A stretch of DNA of 47,722 nucleotides, taken from the NCBI GenBank assembly GCA_964458715.1, contig CAYWJP010000002.1, positions 1 through 47,722 of the forward strand. The letters run 5' to 3'. Below are positions 44,892 through 47,722 of this stretch, piece after piece. Each line of letters opens with the position of its first letter. Positions within the stretch are counted from its first letter, which is position 1. The DNA comes from an uncultured Bdellovibrionales bacterium (GTDB taxonomy: Bacteria > Patescibacteriota > Minisyncoccia > Moranbacterales > DUUL01). The translations under genes and the position numbers were made by a program. The notes under the pieces were generated by a model. It saw only the letters and a list, made by a program, of their open reading frames with translations. It was not told the origin of the DNA and did not search any database.

Positions 44892-45314
44892 CTATTTTCC
44901 AGTACTACCAAAAGCACCGTCTTTTCTATCAGTTTTTTTAAGTTTAGTTACTATCTCTATTTGAGGGTGTTCAATTTTTTGAAATAAAACTTGTGCTATT
45001 TTTGAGCCTTTATTAATTTTAATATTTTTCTGACTTAAATTTATAACACCGACAAACCATTCTCCTGTATAATTACTATCAATAACTCCACCTAAAGTTT
45101 TTAGTCCTAATTTATGCGCTAAGCCACTTTTATCCCAAATCAAGCCAACGTATCCATCTTCAATCTTAATGGCGATACCGGTTGAAACAGAAGCTCTCTG
45201 GCCAAGCTTAAGATCAACCTCTTCATTACAGAACAAATCCATTCCCGCATCATTTTCTAAAGCGTATTTTGGAATTGTTGCTTCGGGATCTATTTTTCTA
45301 ATTTTAATTTTCAT
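44892..45314 (-). CDS. dut: dUTP diphosphatase (trimeric dUTPase)
   Basis: Motifs DAGMDLF, GVIDSNYTGEW and the C-terminal GAFGSTG. Confidence 0.9.
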   Translation of the reverse strand: MKIKIRKIDPEATIPKYALENDAGMDLFCNEEVDLKLGQRASVSTGIAIKIEDGYVGLIWDKSGLAHKLGLKTLGGVIDSNYTGEWFVGVINLSQKNIKINKGSKIAQVLFQKIEHPQIEIVTKLKKTDRKDGAFGSTGK

Positions 45315-45345
45315 TTTCGGAAATTAGTTATTTTAAATTTGAACG

Positions 45346-45945
45346 TTACTTAGTAAAAGATTTAAGTTCCTCTTGAATGTCTTTGGCTACTTTGTCAATT
45401 GTTTGATTACAATTAACTAATTTCCAACCATATTTATCAGCCAATAGTCTATGAAAATTTTTAGAAATATTTATTTTTTCATCGTTACTTTCGTTGCGAT
45501 GTTTTCTCTCTACGGCCGATAAAAATCTTTTTCCATGAAGCAAAATTGCTAAATCAGGTTCGAGAAGATTTTTATTTATTTTCTCTAAATATTCTAAATC
45601 TGAACCCCAAGTCAAACCCCAGGAAAAACCAGTACCAGTATAATCTTCAGCCAAAACCCATTCTCCTTTTTCTAATTTTTTTTTCAATTCAGGCTCAAAT
45701 CTTTTTCTATTTTTTGCATATTTTTCTTGCAATTCTTCTGTTGTTTGAGGATTTTTTCCACGAAAATTAAAGTCTCTTAAATATTTATCAATAAATGGAC
45801 CTTCTGGTTTAAGATCATAAACAGGATACTTCAAGTAGTTAACTTTGATTTTTATTTTTTTAAGATATTGAAGCAGATTTTTTACTTGGGTTGACTTTCC
45901 CGTCCCATTGACCCCATAAACAACAATGAATTTACCTTTTTTCAT
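45346..45945 (-). CDS. tmk: Thymidylate (dTMP) kinase-like
   Basis: P-loop YGVNGTGKSTQ and an AEDYTGTG (DRY-like) region. It lies between the thyX-like gene and dut. Confidence 0.6.
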   Translation of the reverse strand: MKKGKFIVVYGVNGTGKSTQVKNLLQYLKKIKIKVNYLKYPVYDLKPEGPFIDKYLRDFNFRGKNPQTTEELQEKYAKNRKRFEPELKKKLEKGEWVLAEDYTGTGFSWGLTWGSDLEYLEKINKNLLEPDLAILLHGKRFLSAVERKHRNESNDEKINISKNFHRLLADKYGWKLVNCNQTIDKVAKDIQEELKSFTK

Positions 45946-45949
45946 ATAG

Positions 45950-47302
45950 TTATTTTTCTGTTATGTCTTGTTCTCCTCTTCTTATATCGAATCGATTTGG
46001 TTCATCATCTAAATGCAAAACCAAACCATATTTTTGAAATATACTTTTTAAACTTTTAATTGTTTTTAGTATTTGTGCAACTAATGTTGGATGAACGAAT
46101 CTAGTCGAACGAAGTTCCACTAAATAAACCAAAGCTTTCAGGTCTCCGGAAAAAAAACAAGGAACCTGATATCCCATAGCAGTAAAGTATTGTTCATCTT
46201 CTTCTTTTATATTTAATTTCTCAATTCTTTTTTCTTGCAATTTAATAAATTCTTTTGTTTCTTCTTTTAATTTTTTTGGTAATGCATTTAGGTACCATTC
46301 ATTAAATCCATGGTCCCTAGTTAATAAGGGCATTCTTTGCGCAATTGCTCTATGTCTTTGTAGGTCTCTAAAAGACCCAAAATCTAAAAGAAATTCATAA
46401 GCAACTACACCACATTCAGCAATCGCCATGGGAAGTTCTGTTTTGGCTGGACGATTTTTAAGAACATTCTTATAAACAGAGAGTCTATCTTTGTCAACAT
46501 TGTCATAAATTAAAGAAAAATCCTTGGCTTTATTATTCTTGTAATAATATTTTTCTTGCATCCATTTCTTATTATATTTTTCTGTTTTGGAAAATCTTTC
46601 ATGACAAAAAGAACTTGAATATATTTTGCCCAAAGCTTTTTCGGTTTTTTCAGCAATGTCACGGACTTCTGCCAACGGGTGATGTCTTAGAAGCATTAGT
46701 TCATCTGCAAATTGTCTGAAATTCATTCTCCAAGCTAGATTAGTTGTGGCACCGGCGGGTAAAAAGGACCTAGTAATATCAAATGCTCTCACTTTAATTG
46801 CCTTGTCATATACATCTTGACTTTCTCCCTCTCCTTTTGGAAATTTATTTTTTAAATGTTTTTGAACAGGCTTTTGTGAATCTAAATAAAATTTTCTCCA
46901 ATTTTCTAGAATTTCTATTCCTTCTTTTGTATTAGTTGGATCTAAAAATTTTTGATCTGAAAAATCTACATACCTAGTTGAGGCTTCTTGTCCTGAATAC
47001 AGCCTCCAATCCTGAATAGCCTTAGCTGCCAACATTGAAACACCTTCCACAAAAACTGTGCCCGAACCACAATCACCAATTGATTTGTGCCCATAACCAA
47101 CATAAAATTGTTCCATAAAATTTTCCGCCCCTTTTTCTTTGAGCATCTTTAGATGATGCTTAATCCCTCCAGTTGAACGAGAGTGAAGCGCTTGCAACAT
47201 GGCTTCAGCCTGTCCATCAATTTCTGATCCCGTATTTAAAACTAATACAAAACCGCCATTGGATAAATCTTCAACAACATGTTTTTCTAAAATATTATCC
47301 AT
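45950..47302 (-). CDS. Divergent ThyX-family (flavin-dependent thymidylate synthase fold) protein, unusually long (450 aa)
   Basis: GYGHKSIGDCGSGTVFVEGVSMLAAKAIQDWRLYSGQEASTRYV parallels the ThyX block GHxS..E...f.i.gvS....l.RHR..S...qSqRY, but WRL replaces RHR. A separate RHR (FRDLQRHRA) occurs later. It is in an operon with tmk and dut. Confidence 0.5.
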   Translation of the reverse strand: MDNILEKHVVEDLSNGGFVLVLNTGSEIDGQAEAMLQALHSRSTGGIKHHLKMLKEKGAENFMEQFYVGYGHKSIGDCGSGTVFVEGVSMLAAKAIQDWRLYSGQEASTRYVDFSDQKFLDPTNTKEGIEILENWRKFYLDSQKPVQKHLKNKFPKGEGESQDVYDKAIKVRAFDITRSFLPAGATTNLAWRMNFRQFADELMLLRHHPLAEVRDIAEKTEKALGKIYSSSFCHERFSKTEKYNKKWMQEKYYYKNNKAKDFSLIYDNVDKDRLSVYKNVLKNRPAKTELPMAIAECGVVAYEFLLDFGSFRDLQRHRAIAQRMPLLTRDHGFNEWYLNALPKKLKEETKEFIKLQEKRIEKLNIKEEDEQYFTAMGYQVPCFFSGDLKALVYLVELRSTRFVHPTLVAQILKTIKSLKSIFQKYGLVLHLDDEPNRFDIRRGEQDITEK

Positions 47303-47321
47303 AAATCAAGTTTAATTTTTA

Positions 47322-47722
47322 TTAAAAAATAATTTTTAAATCACGCAGTCTTAATTCTAAATCGTCAACTGATTTAAATAAAATGGTTTTTATTCCCAAT
47401 TTTTTTGCCGGAATAAGACAATCGGATTGATCATCGATAAAAATGCATGTCTCCGGAGAAGCTTTTAGCTTCTTTAATATAAATTCATAAATCTTTTGAT
47501 TTGGTTTTAAAATACCAATTTCATGAGACAAAACAACCACATTAAAATTATTATACCATCCTTTTCTTTTATATTTTTCTGAATTCAAAATATCAGAATT
47601 AGATAGTACTGCTAATTCATAACGTCTATTAAGCTTTTTTGCTAATTCTTCCATTTCAATATCAAGCTTCCATGTATTAGTCCAGATTTCTTTAATTTTC
47701 TCTAATTTGTCATTTGATAAGT
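47322..47722 (-). CDS. HAD-superfamily hydrolase (N-terminus beyond window edge)
   Basis: The frame stays open upstream of the track Met to the window end (..LSNDKLEKIKEIWTNTWKLDIEMEEL..). HAD motifs LSNS, GILKPNQKIY and IFIDDQSDCLIPAKKLGIKT are present. Confidence 0.7.
   Translation of the reverse strand, partial: LSNDKLEKIKEIWTNTWKLDIEMEELAKKLNRRYELAVLSNSDILNSEKYKRKGWYNNFNVVVLSHEIGILKPNQKIYEFILKKLKASPETCIFIDDQSDCLIPAKKLGIKTILFKSVDDLELRLRDLKIIF

Noticed and set aside
1-47722. Alternative genetic code (UGA or UAA reassignment), as seen in some candidate phyla.
   Set aside because: TGA terminates well-defined genes, for example at 1262 and 44159. All conserved genes are full length under the standard code. 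The single in-frame TAA at 9605 is isolated.

Overview
This is an AT-rich, tightly packed bacterial chromosome segment. It uses the standard genetic code: TGA terminates ORFs such as 1262..2623, and conserved genes are intact without recoding. The gene content and style suggest a small-genome Patescibacteria/CPR-like organism, but that is inference only. Housekeeping genes are valS, gltX, infC (AUU start)-rpmI-rplT, rpmE, prfA-prmC, smpB beside ssrA (tmRNA), tRNA-Pro(GGG), an ftsA-like gene and a thyX-like/tmk/dut operon. Between these lie envelope and glycan genes: a GT39-like gene, three O-antigen-ligase-like paralogs, a TagA-like GT26, DUF4012 and VanW. There are also two MacB/FtsX-type ABC modules, a plus-strand block of secreted acidic proteins, a coiled-coil C39-like hydrolase and an orphan Cas4-like nuclease. 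I see no transposase, integrase, reverse transcriptase, CRISPR array or recognisable defence operon, so I cannot name a clear new multi-gene system. The signals most worth a second look are non-genic or architectural. (1) A 28-bp 11-6-11 dif-like site at 25964-25991 sits near a convergent strand switch. (2) A 19-bp duplication of the tmRNA 3' end brackets a 106-bp GC-enriched insert. (3) A family of long AT-rich imperfect palindromes built from tandem 7-8-mers fills several intergenic gaps; two copies share an identical GCGAAGC hairpin core, and one sits inside an ABC operon. (4) An ABC ATPase carries an internally duplicated helix-hairpin-helix-like C-terminal extension. (5) An ftsA-like gene is coupled to a 619-aa membrane protein of unknown function. 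(6) There are several atypical enzymes: PrmC with an insert and an NLPY motif, an M64-like protein with HLMGH, a long ThyX-like protein, and a HAD gene with an in-frame TAA.
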